The notes beneath the pieces are model-generated. The model ran no database searches, had not been told where the DNA came from, and saw only the letters and a list, made by a program, of their open reading frames with translations. From assembly GCA_965216465.1 (NCBI GenBank), contig CBDCFW010000003.1:318323-382322 (forward strand): 64,000 nucleotides of DNA, given 5' to 3'. Source of the DNA: Bacteroidia bacterium. GTDB taxonomy: Bacteria; Bacteroidota; Bacteroidia; NS11-12g; UBA9320. Below, in pieces: positions 1-9,775 of this stretch. How positions within the stretch are numbered: the stretch's first letter is position 1; each line of letters begins with the position of its first letter. The position numbers and the translations under genes are program-made.

Positions 1-774
1 CTCTTAATGCTTGTGCTTTTACAGGCTGTGCTTGGTTTTGACAACCTATTATACATTTCACTCGAATCGAAACGTGCACCTGAAGAAAAGCAGAGCTATG
101 TACGTAAAATGGGTATTGCCATCGCAATCATCCTGAGAATAGTATTGCTCTTTGGGCTGATGCATCTTATAGCTTACGTACAAGACAGCCTCTTTTCTAT
201 TCATTGGGAAGGAAAAGTCGAGGGTGATTTCAACCTTCATAGCATTATAGTTTTGGTTGGTGGGGCTTTTATTCTGTACACTGCTGTTAAAGAAATTTGG
301 CACATGATGACTCCAATTCACGATGAAATTGAAGGAGAAAGAAAAACAAAATCAACACGATCGGTAATCATCTGGATTGTTCTAATGAATTTGGTCTTCT
401 CGTTTGATTCTATTCTAAGTGCAATGGCGTTGGCAAGCGATATAGAAGCCCCTAATGGGATGATAGTGATGGCTACGGCCATTATTATTGGAGGGATTCT
501 GATGATTTGGCTCGCAGATAAAGTATCAACATTTTTACAGAAAAATAGAATGTATGAGGTACTCGGACTGTTCATTTTGTTTATCGTTGGAATAATGCTT
601 ATCACAGAAGGTGGAGAGTTAGCACACCTGCATTTGGCAGGAAACCCAATTGAGAAAATGAGTAAAACAACCTTCTATTTTGTAATTGGTGTACTTATTG
701 TAACTGATATAGTACAAACACGCTATCAAAAGAAGCTTATTGCTCAAGAGGCGCAGCTTCATAAGAAGTCATGA
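1..774 (+). CDS. TerC family integral membrane protein (probably 5'-truncated by window edge)
   Basis: LGFDNLLYISL, NLVFSFDSILSA and multiple TM segments typical of TerC; frame is open from base 1. Confidence 0.85.
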   Translation, partial: LLMLVLLQAVLGFDNLLYISLESKRAPEEKQSYVRKMGIAIAIILRIVLLFGLMHLIAYVQDSLFSIHWEGKVEGDFNLHSIIVLVGGAFILYTAVKEIWHMMTPIHDEIEGERKTKSTRSVIIWIVLMNLVFSFDSILSAMALASDIEAPNGMIVMATAIIIGGILMIWLADKVSTFLQKNRMYEVLGLFILFIVGIMLITEGGELAHLHLAGNPIEKMSKTTFYFVIGVLIVTDIVQTRYQKKLIAQEAQLHKKS

Positions 775-1466
775 TATTAAGAACTTACATACCAATTCTG
801 GCACTTTGCATAATAGCAATTGGGTGTAAATCTTCAAAACTGGCTCAAAACAACAACAATTCATTTGTAGGAAAAATAGTCTACGATATCATCGTTGAAG
901 GGGATTCCCAAAATATAGAGGATATTCAAAGAGCAAAAGAGCTTTATGGTAATACTTTAGAACTCAGCATATTTGAAAACGGCGATATTTTGATGAACTA
1001 CAACGGCAGTCCAAAAGGCTACGATTTGAGCTACATCGACGTTAACGAGAATGAACTCACCGAGAAATTCAATTCGTCAGATACGCTCTACGTACGCCCT
1101 GCGTCAAAACAAAATGTTAAAAAGCTCACCGATATTCGTCAGAACGATAAAACTATTGATGTCCTGAACCACGAATGTAAGGCGGTATCACTTTCTGCAG
1201 AAGATCAAGAAAGCAAGCAATATCTAACCATAAAATACTGGTATAGTAATGACTACAAGGTGGATGCCACTCGGTATAGTTCTATAAATGAAGACCTTAT
1301 GGGCTACCTCTTTCAAAAAAGCAACGGTGGTATCTTTCTTCGCAAAGAGATCAGCTACTCAGGCTACAGCATAACCTTCGTTGCTAAAGAAATTAAAAGA
1401 ATAACAGCCGAAGACCTCGGAGATCAACACAAATACAAAACGTCTACAGTTATTTTGGAAGAGTAA
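771..1466 (+). CDS. Hypothetical lipoprotein (possibly DUF4412/GLPGLI-like)
   Basis: Signal peptide with lipobox IAIGC; 'VLNHECKAV...YWY' resembles GLPGLI/DUF4412 proteins. Confidence 0.6.
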   Translation: MILRTYIPILALCIIAIGCKSSKLAQNNNNSFVGKIVYDIIVEGDSQNIEDIQRAKELYGNTLELSIFENGDILMNYNGSPKGYDLSYIDVNENELTEKFNSSDTLYVRPASKQNVKKLTDIRQNDKTIDVLNHECKAVSLSAEDQESKQYLTIKYWYSNDYKVDATRYSSINEDLMGYLFQKSNGGIFLRKEISYSGYSITFVAKEIKRITAEDLGDQHKYKTSTVILEE

Positions 1467-1865
1467 CTATAGAACTGCAGCGTAGCTAACACCATCTGTT
1501 ATTTCACAGCCCGATTGAATCATATCGAAAAGTTCTGACTCACGTTCTTTTTTGTAAGATTTAGAGGCAACTTGTTTCACCATTTTATCTCCGTTTCTAA
1601 TAATTCGGATGAGGTGAATTTCTGTCTCATCACATTTGAAATAGTAAGCAATGCCTTCTTCTTTCTTTTCTAAATATTCAGTTTTGCGTAACACCCCTTC
1701 CCAAATTACATCACTAAATTGGTCAATAATAGCCTCAGAAGCTTCAGAATCTTCTTCTTTTAGCTTAACCCAATCGTCTGCTGTTATTCCATTAACTACC
1801 AAGAAATCAATGAATTCTTTCTCCAAATTATGCAGCTCTTCTTCCGGCAATCTTGAATATTTCAT
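1467..1865 (-). CDS. DUF6495 family protein
   Basis: MKYSRL..EEL..LEKEFIDFLVVNGITADDW is the characteristic N-terminus; ATG at 1865 follows a TAGCTTTG -7 element. Confidence 0.8.
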   Translation of the reverse strand: MKYSRLPEEELHNLEKEFIDFLVVNGITADDWVKLKEEDSEASEAIIDQFSDVIWEGVLRKTEYLEKKEEGIAYYFKCDETEIHLIRIIRNGDKMVKQVASKSYKKERESELFDMIQSGCEITDGVSYAAVL

Positions 1866-1904
1866 ATTTAAGAGCTGCAAAGCTAATTATCTCAATGGCA
1901 ATAT

Positions 1905-1912
1905 TACCTTTG
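1905..1912 (+). promoter_or_regulatory. Bacteroidota housekeeping promoter -7 element (TACCTTTG) for slyD
   Basis: Exact TAnnTTTG match 5 nt upstream of the ATG. Confidence 0.6.
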
Positions 1913-1917
1913 CGCCA

Positions 1918-2409
1918 ATGATAATCGAGAAAAACAAAGCGGTTGGGGTTCACTATCAACTAGAAGTAGATGGTGCAAAACTAGATGCATCTGGTGATCA
2001 ACCATTAATGTACTTACACGGTCATGGAATGATGATTCCAGGATTTGAAAGACAATTAGAAGGTCTTAAAGAAGGAGACAAGTACGATTTTAAGGTTGCA
2101 CCTAAAGAAGGGTATGGTGAATATAATCTTGAAGCCGTAGCTCCTCTAGATAAAAACATTTTTATGATTGACGGTAGCATGAGTCCTGATGTATTTGAAG
2201 GTGCTCAACTGAGACTTACTAACCAAGATGGTCATCCAATGATCGGTGTGGTTAAGTCAATTGAAGAAGATACAGTAACCATGGATTTCAATCACCAATT
2301 AGCTGGAAAAGAACTTCATTTCAGCGGTCACATTGCTAGCATTCGTGAAGCAACTGAAGAAGAAATCAGCCACGGTCATATTCATGGACCAGGTGGACAT
2401 CACCACTAA
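1918..2409 (+). CDS. slyD: FKBP-type peptidyl-prolyl isomerase SlyD
   Basis: YLHGHGMMIPGFE, P.EGYG, DFNHQLAGKELHF, His-rich tail; start reassigned to ATG 1918. Confidence 0.93.
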   Translation: MIIEKNKAVGVHYQLEVDGAKLDASGDQPLMYLHGHGMMIPGFERQLEGLKEGDKYDFKVAPKEGYGEYNLEAVAPLDKNIFMIDGSMSPDVFEGAQLRLTNQDGHPMIGVVKSIEEDTVTMDFNHQLAGKELHFSGHIASIREATEEEISHGHIHGPGGHHH

Positions 2410-2427
2410 GAAACACTGAAATTTATT

Positions 2428-2463
2428 AAAAAAAGACCGTCCTTTTGGTACGGTCTTTTTTTT
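2428..2463 (+). terminator. Intrinsic terminator (bidirectional-type)
   Basis: A7-GACCGT...ACGGTC-T8 after slyD. Confidence 0.8.
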
Positions 2464-2561
2464 ATGACTTTGCGAATCGGTGTACAAGTGAATTGTTGTT
2501 GATTGAACAATAAGCCTATTTTCGTCACCTTACTAAAACTGAAATATTAAATCTGTGCCTC

Positions 2562-3653
2562 ATGACACGCCCTACAATTAAGTTCAATAACACCACCAAT
2601 ATCGAGTTTATAAAAGCACTTCGAACCAATGTAAACAAGTACTTTGTTGACAACAATATCTCGCGATACGGAAATTTCAACCTATATTTTAAAACACTCT
2701 TCATGATTGCGGTGTACTTCGTTCCACTAGGTCTAATGCTTAGTGGTGTTATACAAAACACAGGTGTGATGTATCTTATGTGGGTCATTATGGGGTTTGG
2801 TATGGCCGGTATTGGGCTGACCATTATGCACGACGCTAACCATGGTTCATATTCGAAGAATAAAAAGGTTAATGAGGCGTTTGGGTTTATCCTTAATTTT
2901 TTAGGGGGATACCACATCAATTGGAAGATCCAACATAATGTTCTTCATCATTCCTTTACAAATATCCATGAACATGACGAAGACATTTCTAAACCTGTAA
3001 TGCGGTTTACACCAAACCAAGAGCACAAAAGCGTGTACAAATATCAAGCATTTTACGCTCCCCTATTCTATGGATTGCTTACGATATATTGGTTCTTGGC
3101 TAAAGACATTGTTCAACTCATAAATTATGGTAAAAGAAACTTGCTAAAAGCTCAAAAAAAGAGCTTTAGAGGCGCATTGATCGAGATCATATTTCATAAA
3201 ACCTGGTACGTCATCTTAACCTTGGTTCTTCCAATTTGGATAATGGATATTGGTTGGGGGCATGTGGTGGCAGGTTTCTTTATTATGATGTTCATTAGCG
3301 GACTCATTTTGGCACTCATTTTTCAATCGGCTCATGTTTTAGAAGAAACCCAGTTTTTTGAAGCAGGTGAAGGGGGCAGTATGGAGAACAATTGGGCTAT
3401 ACACCAACTGCTAACCACAGCAAATTTTGCGAATGGAAATAAGCTGCTTACTTGGTTAATTGGAGGCTTAAATTATCAGATTGAGCACCACCTTTTCCCA
3501 ACTGTTTGCCATGTGCATTATCCAAAAATTGCTGGTATTGTAAAAGAGACGGCATTGTCATACGGCATTCCCTATCATCAACACAAAACGTACTACGGTG
3601 CATTAAAAAGTCATTTTACCCTACTGAATGATTTAGGACGAAATCGAATTTAG
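2562..3653 (+). CDS. Membrane fatty acid (acyl-CoA) desaturase
   Basis: His boxes HDANH, HNVLHH, QIEHH. Confidence 0.92.
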   Translation: MTRPTIKFNNTTNIEFIKALRTNVNKYFVDNNISRYGNFNLYFKTLFMIAVYFVPLGLMLSGVIQNTGVMYLMWVIMGFGMAGIGLTIMHDANHGSYSKNKKVNEAFGFILNFLGGYHINWKIQHNVLHHSFTNIHEHDEDISKPVMRFTPNQEHKSVYKYQAFYAPLFYGLLTIYWFLAKDIVQLINYGKRNLLKAQKKSFRGALIEIIFHKTWYVILTLVLPIWIMDIGWGHVVAGFFIMMFISGLILALIFQSAHVLEETQFFEAGEGGSMENNWAIHQLLTTANFANGNKLLTWLIGGLNYQIEHHLFPTVCHVHYPKIAGIVKETALSYGIPYHQHKTYYGALKSHFTLLNDLGRNRI

Positions 3654-5192
3654 GGCTGCAATTGCTTTAATTACCCGCTGACCATCCATAGCTGCACTAA
3701 TAATTCCACCGGCATAGCCTGCACCTTCCCCACATGGGAATAAGTTTTTAACTTCTGGATGCTGCAGTTCTTTGGTTCGCGGTATACGTACAGGAGCACT
3801 AGTTCTGCTTTCTGGAGCTGTAACAATGGCATCCTTATGTGCAAATCCCTTCAGTTTATTAGTCATTTCTCTTAAGCCTTCACGCAATCTATAATTAACC
3901 TCTTCAGGATATAGCTCGTTTAAATTGCAAGCTGTCATTCCAGGATGGTAACTGCTTTTATTTAAAGCCTTAGTCTCTTCATTGTTTAGATAGTCAATCA
4001 AATTTTGAGCGGGAACTTTAAACTCCCCTCCTCCCATTTCAAAAGCCTTTTTCTCTATAAATTGTTGAAAACGTAAACCGGCTAGTGCTCCATATTGCCT
4101 AAAATCAGCCCATTCATCTTCTCCTATTTCTGTAACCCAGCCGCTGTTCGCAAATTCACCGTTTCGTTTACTCGGGCTCCATCCGTTAACCACCACTTCT
4201 TCAAATGATGTGGCCGCTGGAGCAATAATTCCTCCTGGACACATACAAAATGAAAAGGCTCCCTTGCCTCTTACTTGAGCCACGAGGCTATAACTCGCTG
4301 GAGGAAGTAATTTAGCATTCTGCTCATTGTGGTATTGAATTACATTAATCAACTCTTGAGGATGTTCAATCCTAAAGCCCATAGCAAAGGGTTTGGCCTC
4401 AATTGCAATATTGAGTTTATCGAACAGCTCATAGATATTACGGGCTGAATGTCCCGTTGCGAGTACCACTTGTTCACAAGTCTCATAATTGCCATTGATT
4501 TGTACTTCAGTTATTTGGTCGTTGTCAATTTTTAGTCCATCAAGTTTGCTTTCAAACCTCACTTCACCCCCATGATCAATGATAGTTTCTCGTAAACTTT
4601 CGATAATCTGAGGAAGTTTATTGGTACCGATATGAGGATGAGCTTCGTACAGAATGTTTTCATTTGCTCCATGAAGCACAAAGTATTCTAAAATCGACCT
4701 AATCTTTCCACGTTTATGTGATCGAGTATACAGCTTTCCGTCTGAAAATGTACCTGCCCCGCCTTCGCCAAAACAATAGTTCGACTCTTCGTTCATTTCC
4801 CCTTCTCGATTCAGTTTGGCTACATCACGACGGCGATCTTTAACCGCTTTTCCCCGTTCAATAACAATAGGCTTCAACCCCATTTCTAAACACTGCAAAG
4901 CAGCAAATATTCCAGCTGGCCCAAACCCTATTATATGCACAGTTCCACGCTGCGGTTTTTTAAATTCAGGGAGTTTTAAATCTTCAGGGAAATCGTTGTC
5001 GGTAAAAACCTCCAAACGCAAGTTGTATTTTATATTCTTCTTTCTGGCATCCAGCGACTTACGGAGAATGACAACATCATTAATCTCCGAGGCGTTTTTA
5101 CGCTTCAACCTACAGTAATAATCAACAGGTGATAATGCAAATTTTGAGTACTCTTTTAAGGCAATGCTAAGCTCTACAATCTCTCTGGCCAC
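3633..5192 (-). CDS. NAD(P)/FAD-dependent oxidoreductase
   Basis: IIGFGPAG, FGEGGAGTFSDGKL, SFCMCPGG, GEGAGYAGGI. Confidence 0.88.
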   Translation of the reverse strand: MAREIVELSIALKEYSKFALSPVDYYCRLKRKNASEINDVVILRKSLDARKKNIKYNLRLEVFTDNDFPEDLKLPEFKKPQRGTVHIIGFGPAGIFAALQCLEMGLKPIVIERGKAVKDRRRDVAKLNREGEMNEESNYCFGEGGAGTFSDGKLYTRSHKRGKIRSILEYFVLHGANENILYEAHPHIGTNKLPQIIESLRETIIDHGGEVRFESKLDGLKIDNDQITEVQINGNYETCEQVVLATGHSARNIYELFDKLNIAIEAKPFAMGFRIEHPQELINVIQYHNEQNAKLLPPASYSLVAQVRGKGAFSFCMCPGGIIAPAATSFEEVVVNGWSPSKRNGEFANSGWVTEIGEDEWADFRQYGALAGLRFQQFIEKKAFEMGGGEFKVPAQNLIDYLNNEETKALNKSSYHPGMTACNLNELYPEEVNYRLREGLREMTNKLKGFAHKDAIVTAPESRTSAPVRIPRTKELQHPEVKNLFPCGEGAGYAGGIISAAMDGQRVIKAIAALNSISS

Positions 5193-5265
5193 AATTTACT
5201 TTTCCAAGAAGTTTCCACAAATATTCGATAAAACCACGATATATTTCATCTTTGTTGACTTTATA

Positions 5266-6114
5266 ATGACAAAATCAATTCAAGAACTAGAAAAATATGT
5301 TTCTCAAACCCGCAGAGACATAGTGAGAATGGTACATGCAGTTCAATCAGGGCACCCTGGAGGTTCCTTAGGCTGTGCTGAATTTTTCACCGTTTTGTAT
5401 CAAAATGTTATGCGTCACAACGCAGATAATTTCAATATGAGTGGTAAAGACGAAGACGTTTTTGTTTTGTCAAACGGTCATATCTCTCCGGTGTTCTATA
5501 GTACGCTTGCTCGTGCAGGATATTTTCCAGTTGATGAATTAGCGACATTTAGAAAATTGGATAGTAGACTTCAAGGGCATCCAACCACACATGAAGGATT
5601 GCCAGGAGTTCGTATAGCATCAGGTTCTTTAGGACAAGGCTTATCAGTTGCAGCAGGACTTGCTCAAGCCAAGAAATTGGATGGCGAAGATAAGTTGGTA
5701 TATACGCTTATGGGTGACGGAGAGTTGCAAGAAGGTCAAATCTGGGAAGCTGTAATGTATGCAGCACACAACAACTGCGATAACTTAATTGCTACTGTCG
5801 ATGTAAACGGAAGACAAATTGATGGTGACACTAAAGACATTATGGGCTTTGAGGACCTTAGATCGAAATTCGAAGCATTTGGTTGGAATGTTATTACGAT
5901 GAACGGAAACGATGTTAACGATGTTCAAGATACATTATCGAAAGCAGCGGTATTGTCAGGTAATGGAAGTCCAATCTGTATACTAATGACTACAGAAATG
6001 GGCAATGGAGTCGATTTTATGATGGGTAGTCATGAATGGCACGGAATCGCACCAAACGACGAACAACTGGCTTCAGCACTAGAACAAAACCCTGAAACAC
6101 TAGGCGATTATTAA
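5266..6114 (+). CDS. Transketolase, N-terminal (ThDP-binding) subunit
   Basis: SGHPGGSLG, LSNGH, RLQGHP, GDGELQEGQ; start reassigned to ATG 5266. Confidence 0.93.
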   Translation: MTKSIQELEKYVSQTRRDIVRMVHAVQSGHPGGSLGCAEFFTVLYQNVMRHNADNFNMSGKDEDVFVLSNGHISPVFYSTLARAGYFPVDELATFRKLDSRLQGHPTTHEGLPGVRIASGSLGQGLSVAAGLAQAKKLDGEDKLVYTLMGDGELQEGQIWEAVMYAAHNNCDNLIATVDVNGRQIDGDTKDIMGFEDLRSKFEAFGWNVITMNGNDVNDVQDTLSKAAVLSGNGSPICILMTTEMGNGVDFMMGSHEWHGIAPNDEQLASALEQNPETLGDY

Positions 6115-6152
6115 TCCTTTCGCATACTTTTTGAGTTAAATAATACGTAATT

Positions 6153-7514
6153 ATGGCAATGGTAAAGAAAATATGGGTGTTAGCACTACTACTAATAAGT
6201 GCTTCCTCGTATGCACAGCAGCCAGAAACACGTATTCTTTTCGTTCTCGACGGTTCAGGAAGTATGTACGCCAAAATGGGCGTCGATAACAGAATCACGG
6301 TAGCAAAGCGTTTACTAACTCGTTTGGTAGATAGCCTTCGCTACGTTGAAGACGTTGAATTGGCTTTGAGAGTATACGGTCATCAATCACCTAAAACACA
6401 TCGAAATTGTAAAGATACCCGGTTAGAAGTTCCTTTTGAAAAGAATAATCATAGCCGGATAAAAGACGAGATTAAGCTCGTTAAACCAAAGGGTACCACA
6501 CTTATTGCATATTCTCTTCAAGAAGCGGCATATGATTTTCCTAAAACACCTGGGGTCAGAAACATTATCATTCTAATAACAGATGGTATTGAAGAGTGCG
6601 ACGGAGATCCCTGTGCAGTGTCTCAAGCCCTTCAAAAGCAAGGTGTTGTTCTTCGTCCATTTATTATTGGTCTGGGGTTAAATGCTGAGTTTAGAAGCCA
6701 ATTTGAATGTGTTGGTAGATTTTTTGAAGCTACAACTGAAGAGAACTTTAGAGAGGTGCTCGATGTAGTAATTAGCCAAGCAATAAATAATACTTCGGTT
6801 CAAGTAAATCTTCTTGACACCCAAGGTAAGCCAACTGAAACAGATGTAAACATGACCTTCAGTGACGCTAAAACGGGCAAAGAGATATATAACTATTACC
6901 ACACGATGGATTATCGCGGAAATCCAGATACCATGTACTTGGATCCCAGTTATACCTACAACTTAAAGGTGCATACCATCCCTCCTGTATATGTTGAGGG
7001 AATTACCCTAACCGCAGGAAAACATAATACTATTGTTGCAGACGCCCCACAAGGCTATTTGAACCTTGAAATCGAAGGAGTTACAAACTACAAGAATCTT
7101 CAGGCTGTGGTCATGGATAAAAAAACGGGTGAGATTATCAACATTCACAGTTTTAATGATGTTCAGAAATACATAGTTGATGATTATCATCTCGAGATAT
7201 TAACCCTACCCAGAATTACACAAGAATCGGTTGGGGTCGTTCAGAATAAAACAACAACGCTCAAAGTTCAACAGCCAGGAAAGCTCAACATTGTAACCCG
7301 AATGAAACTAGAAATTGGGATTTACAGGCATGTAAATGGAAAGCTTGAAAAAGTAAAAGAGCTGAATATTAAGGCTAATCAAGATGTTACAGTACTGCAA
7401 CCAGGAGATTATACCTTAATTTACCGAGAGACCGCTGTAAAGGAAACAACGAATACAAAGACCAAAAATTTTACCATAAAATCGGGTGAAATATCCCACA
7501 TAAACATTAATTAA
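6153..7514 (+). CDS. Secreted VWA-domain protein
   Basis: Signal peptide; MIDAS DGSGSM, GTT, ILITDG. Confidence 0.85.
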   Translation: MAMVKKIWVLALLLISASSYAQQPETRILFVLDGSGSMYAKMGVDNRITVAKRLLTRLVDSLRYVEDVELALRVYGHQSPKTHRNCKDTRLEVPFEKNNHSRIKDEIKLVKPKGTTLIAYSLQEAAYDFPKTPGVRNIIILITDGIEECDGDPCAVSQALQKQGVVLRPFIIGLGLNAEFRSQFECVGRFFEATTEENFREVLDVVISQAINNTSVQVNLLDTQGKPTETDVNMTFSDAKTGKEIYNYYHTMDYRGNPDTMYLDPSYTYNLKVHTIPPVYVEGITLTAGKHNTIVADAPQGYLNLEIEGVTNYKNLQAVVMDKKTGEIINIHSFNDVQKYIVDDYHLEILTLPRITQESVGVVQNKTTTLKVQQPGKLNIVTRMKLEIGIYRHVNGKLEKVKELNIKANQDVTVLQPGDYTLIYRETAVKETTNTKTKNFTIKSGEISHININ

Positions 7515-7520
7515 AACGAA

Positions 7521-8471
7521 ATGACAAACCTTACCTCAATGGAGAAAAAAGACACACGATCAGGATTTGGAGATGGCCTATACGAGATTGGCTTGCAAAA
7601 TGATGCTGTTGTAGGCTTATGTGCAGACCTTACAGGATCATTAAAAATGAATAAGTTTCAAAACGAATTTCCTGAGCGCTTTTTTCAAGTAGGAATCGCT
7701 GAGGCGAACATGATGGGTCTTGCAGCTGGTTTAGCTACTGCAGGCAAAATTCCTTTTACAGGAACCTTCGCAAACTTCAGCACAGGAAGGGTGTACGACC
7801 AAATTAGACAGTCAATAGCGTACTCGCACAAAAATGTAAAAATATGTGCATCTCACGCAGGTTTAACGCTTGGTGAAGATGGGGCCACGCACCAAATTCT
7901 CGAGGATATTGGTTTGATGAAAATGCTTCCAGGTATGACCGTAATTAATCCTTGTGATTACAACCAAACAAAGGCTGCGACCATGGCTATTGCCGAGCAC
8001 TACGGGCCAGTTTACCTTCGTTTTGGTAGACCAAAATGGCCTATTTTTACAGAAGCAGGTAAATTTGAGATTGGTAAGGCACTTCACATGCGTCCTGGTA
8101 AAGACGTAACCATATTTGCTACCGGTCATTTAGTTTGGAACTCGTTAGAGGCTGCAAAAGCCCTTGAAGCGGAAGGAATCTCAGCTGAAGTTATCAATAT
8201 TCACACCATTAAGCCATTGGATGATGAAGCAATTCTAGATGCCTTAGCAACTACCAAATGTGCTGTTACGGCAGAAGAGCACCAAATGAATGGTGGATTA
8301 GGTGATAGCATTTGTCAACTGTTGGCTAGAAAAAGCCCAATGCCGGTTGAAATGGTTGCTGTAAACGATAGCTTTGGTGAAAGCGGAAAACCAGAAGACT
8401 TATTAAATAAATATGGTCTAGGCGTTAATGACGTTGTAGCAGCTGCTAAAAGAGCAATCGCTAGAAGATAA
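7521..8471 (+). CDS. Transketolase, C-terminal subunit
   Basis: [28 protein letters not shown]. Confidence 0.93.
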   Translation: MTNLTSMEKKDTRSGFGDGLYEIGLQNDAVVGLCADLTGSLKMNKFQNEFPERFFQVGIAEANMMGLAAGLATAGKIPFTGTFANFSTGRVYDQIRQSIAYSHKNVKICASHAGLTLGEDGATHQILEDIGLMKMLPGMTVINPCDYNQTKAATMAIAEHYGPVYLRFGRPKWPIFTEAGKFEIGKALHMRPGKDVTIFATGHLVWNSLEAAKALEAEGISAEVINIHTIKPLDDEAILDALATTKCAVTAEEHQMNGGLGDSICQLLARKSPMPVEMVAVNDSFGESGKPEDLLNKYGLGVNDVVAAAKRAIARR

Positions 8472-8515
8472 TTCTTTCTGACCATCCATGATTATCATTA
8501 ATTTTGGATTGTTAA

Positions 8516-9361
8516 ATGAGTACGTTATTTGTATACAATAAAAAGGCTGGGAAGAACTTCCAGATTGGCATTGTAGAGCAAATCAAATCGCTGCTTCCTG
8601 CTGATTTTAAGCATCAATTTGTAGATATACGTGAGTTTGAAACTTACGACTCCTCACCTTTTGATACCCTAGTTGCCATAGGTGGAGACGGAACCGTAAA
8701 TACAGTTGCTGAAAAAGCCTATCGACAAAATAAAACCTTAGCCATAATTCCGAAAGGGTCTGGAGATGGACTTGCTCGATTTCTAAAAATTTCAAGAGTC
8801 ACTAAAGCTGCAGTTGAAACCTTATTGCAACAACACAAAATACCTGTGGATGTAGGCTTTGTATCCGAACAATTCTTTGTGAACGTTACCGGAGCTGGCT
8901 TTGAAGCTAAAGTCGCCCACAAATTTGGCAAGGAAGGCATCCGTGGTATTCGTGGATACATAAAGGCGATTGTTGAACTTTTTAAGACCCACCAAGAACG
9001 AGAGGTTAAGCTGAAAGTAGATGGAGATACCAAATTAGTTAAATATTTTAGTCTGAGCATTGCAAATGGTGCTCAGTGGGGTAATAATTTTGAAATAGCC
9101 AGTGAGGCTGATATTCAAGATGGCCTGCTGGATATTGCTATCATGCGCAAGCCACGTTTTGTTCAGATTCCGCAGTTGATTTCCTATTTAAGAAATCATA
9201 AGCAGCAGAGCAATAACCTCTTCACTTATTACAAAGCCTCTGAAATTGACATTAAGAAAAGTGGCAAAAAATGGCACATTGACGGTGAGCCAATAGTGCT
9301 TAGAAAGAAAAAAGAAGTTAGAATAGATTCTAAAAGTTTAAACGTAATTGTACCGAAATGA
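8516..9361 (+). CDS. Diacylglycerol kinase family lipid kinase (YegS/BmrU-like)
   Basis: GGDGTVN, IPKGSGD, DGLLD, HIDGE. Confidence 0.88.
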   Translation: MSTLFVYNKKAGKNFQIGIVEQIKSLLPADFKHQFVDIREFETYDSSPFDTLVAIGGDGTVNTVAEKAYRQNKTLAIIPKGSGDGLARFLKISRVTKAAVETLLQQHKIPVDVGFVSEQFFVNVTGAGFEAKVAHKFGKEGIRGIRGYIKAIVELFKTHQEREVKLKVDGDTKLVKYFSLSIANGAQWGNNFEIASEADIQDGLLDIAIMRKPRFVQIPQLISYLRNHKQQSNNLFTYYKASEIDIKKSGKKWHIDGEPIVLRKKKEVRIDSKSLNVIVPK

Positions 9362-9729
9362 GTAAGAAGAAAAAAATGCAAAAACTCGACTTGTCGAATT
9401 TCTTTATCCAATCTGATGAATCGGATGATTTTAAAGTGCTAACCGAATCTGACGGTACTGAAGAAGAAATAACTAACCTCCCCCCTAATGCTCAGAAACT
9501 TCAAGTTAGGAAAGAAAAGAAAGGACGAGGAGGTAAGGTTGTGACTATTGTAGACGGTTATAAGGGCAACCCACAAACGCTCGAAGAGCTCTGTAAAAAG
9601 ATAAAACAGAATTGTGGTGTAGGAGGCTCAGTAAAACAAAAAACCATAATAATTCAAGGAGATATTGCAGATAAAGTGGTCACTTTCCTCATAAAAAGTG
9701 GATATCATGCAAAAAAAACTACAATGTAG
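9358..9729 (+). CDS. yciH: SUI1/YciH family translation initiation factor
   Basis: KKGRGGKVVT, CGVGGSVK, IIQGD. Confidence 0.85.
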   Translation: MSKKKKMQKLDLSNFFIQSDESDDFKVLTESDGTEEEITNLPPNAQKLQVRKEKKGRGGKVVTIVDGYKGNPQTLEELCKKIKQNCGVGGSVKQKTIIIQGDIADKVVTFLIKSGYHAKKTTM

Positions 9730-9753
9730 ATTATGTAAGTTTTCGATGAATTT

Positions 9754-9761
9754 TACCTTTG
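9754..9761 (+). promoter_or_regulatory. -7 promoter element (TACCTTTG) for pckA
   Basis: TAnnTTTG match 14 nt upstream of the ATG. Confidence 0.55.
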
Positions 9762-9775
9762 CACCCTAATTTGTT

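Noticed and set aside
1651-1917. N-terminal extension of SlyD in the ORF track
   Set aside because: Antisense shadow of the DUF6495 gene; the SlyD-like sequence and promoter point to ATG 1918
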